Assembly (NCBI GenBank): GCA_963577695.1
Contig: CAUZAY010000002.1
Span: 1 to 53,194, forward strand
DNA: 53,194 bases
From: Vicinamibacteria bacterium
Lineage (GTDB): Bacteria; Acidobacteriota; Vicinamibacteria; Vicinamibacterales; UBA8438
Reading direction: 5' to 3'
Numbering within the stretch: position 1 is the first letter of the stretch; every line of letters begins with the position of its first letter. The translations under genes and the position numbers were made by a program. Below are positions 52,488-53,194 of the stretch, piece after piece. The notes below the pieces were generated by a model. That model was not told the DNA's origin, did no database searches, and saw only the letters and a list, made by a program, of their open reading frames with translations.

Positions 52488-53194
52488 ATGCTGAAGTTCG
52501 TGATCGGTACGCTCGGTCTCGCGACCGTCATCGCCCAAGCGGCCGTCGCTCAGCCGGGATCCGAGCCAGGGCAGCAACTCTACGAGCAGCACTGCGCGCT
52601 GTGTCACCAGGACTCAGGTGCCGGCAACCCGCCGACGTTCCCAGCGTTGAGCGGCAATGACAAGCTCGGGAACGCGGCGCGGATAGTCCGTAGTATCACC
52701 ATCGGCACGAGCCGTATGCCTCCGTTTCCGGCCCTGACCGCGGAGGACATTGCGTCGCTGGCGCACTACATCCGCAACGCATGGGCGAACGACTTTGGCG
52801 GGGTGACCACAGAAGACGTGACCGCGGTGCTCGAGGGCTCGGAGAACACCGACTCGATGGTCTCCGCGTGGGACGGCGTCTTCACCGAGGTACAAGCGAC
52901 CCGCGGCGAGGCGGTGTACACGGGCGCCTGTGCGTTCTGTCATGGCCGCAGGCTGAATGGCGCTCCAGACGATCCGGATATGCGGTCTGCCCCGCCATTG
53001 GCGCGGGCACGGTTCCTCCGCATCTGGGAGGGACGGTCGCTCGCCACCCTGTTCGCCTACGCCCGAGTCACCATGCCGGAGGACAACCCCAACTCACTGA
53101 CGGATCAGGAGAACGTCGATGTGATGGCCTACATGCTGTCGGTCGGCGGGATGCCGGCGGGAGATGTCGAGCTGGAGGCTGACCCGAGGAGCCT
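52488..53194 (+). CDS. Exported di-heme c-type cytochrome (3' end outside the window)
   Basis: Absent from the track because there is no stop. ATG 52488 gives MLKFVIGTLGLATVIAQAAVAQ signal, the first heme box CALCH with downstream MPPF, and the second box CAFCH in the context FTEVQATRGEAVYTGACAFCHGRRLNG...TMPEDNPNSLTDQENVDVMAYML. Confidence 0.8.
   Translation, partial: MLKFVIGTLGLATVIAQAAVAQPGSEPGQQLYEQHCALCHQDSGAGNPPTFPALSGNDKLGNAARIVRSITIGTSRMPPFPALTAEDIASLAHYIRNAWANDFGGVTTEDVTAVLEGSENTDSMVSAWDGVFTEVQATRGEAVYTGACAFCHGRRLNGAPDDPDMRSAPPLARARFLRIWEGRSLATLFAYARVTMPEDNPNSLTDQENVDVMAYMLSVGGMPAGDVELEADPRS

Overview
High-GC (roughly two-thirds G+C by eye) bacterial chromosomal segment with about 50 real genes. 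I found no rRNA, tRNA, CRISPR array, transposase or integrase. Most long antisense ORFs in the track are GC-driven shadows of the real genes. The window is dominated by exported redox and hydrolytic enzymes. These include four paralogous signal-peptide-bearing soluble PQQ quinoprotein dehydrogenases, three smaller PQQ-like beta-propeller proteins and two secreted HpcH/HpaI-type aldolases. There is also a Tat-exported FAD oxidoreductase followed by a 211-aa protein and a di-heme cytochrome c, plus an amidase, amidohydrolase, cyclase-family protein, tandem-CMD lipoprotein and an MBL hydrolase. Housekeeping blocks are interspersed: rlmN (partial), ltaE, dapE-dapC-dapD, rtcB, fused fbiC (F420 chromophore synthase), pcm, a CDP-alcohol phosphatidyltransferase lipid cluster and a DUF1611/enolase-superfamily (dgcN/dgcA-like) pair. 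The most unusual part is 42.3-47.4 kb, a recombination scar field. It holds gene debris (a GT2 fragment and a kinase 5' fragment) and a translationally coupled vapB-vapC-higA-like cassette bracketed by a 36-nt direct repeat derived from kinase 5' ends. It also holds a 394-codon uninterrupted chimeric ORF (kinase N-terminus + complete HigA HTH + TolB-like propeller tail), a TPR fragment and a frameshifted, nonsense-bearing paralog of the same kinase family. A second VapBC locus (28.6-29.3 kb) also sits beside a breakpoint, where a half Na+ symporter is fused to a TPR tail. Other notable items are a single-gene low-GC glycosyltransferase islet, a ~100-125 bp inverted-repeat element present twice at convergent gene ends, a recurrent TATAATC promoter module, and a sulfatase reduced to Tat signal plus last ~35 residues. 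The Ser/Thr-kinase-TolB architecture and the ...NWFEEL... tails suggest an Acidobacteriota/Gemmatimonadota-like organism, but that is inference only. All functional calls rest on motif and family recognition by eye; no database search was possible.
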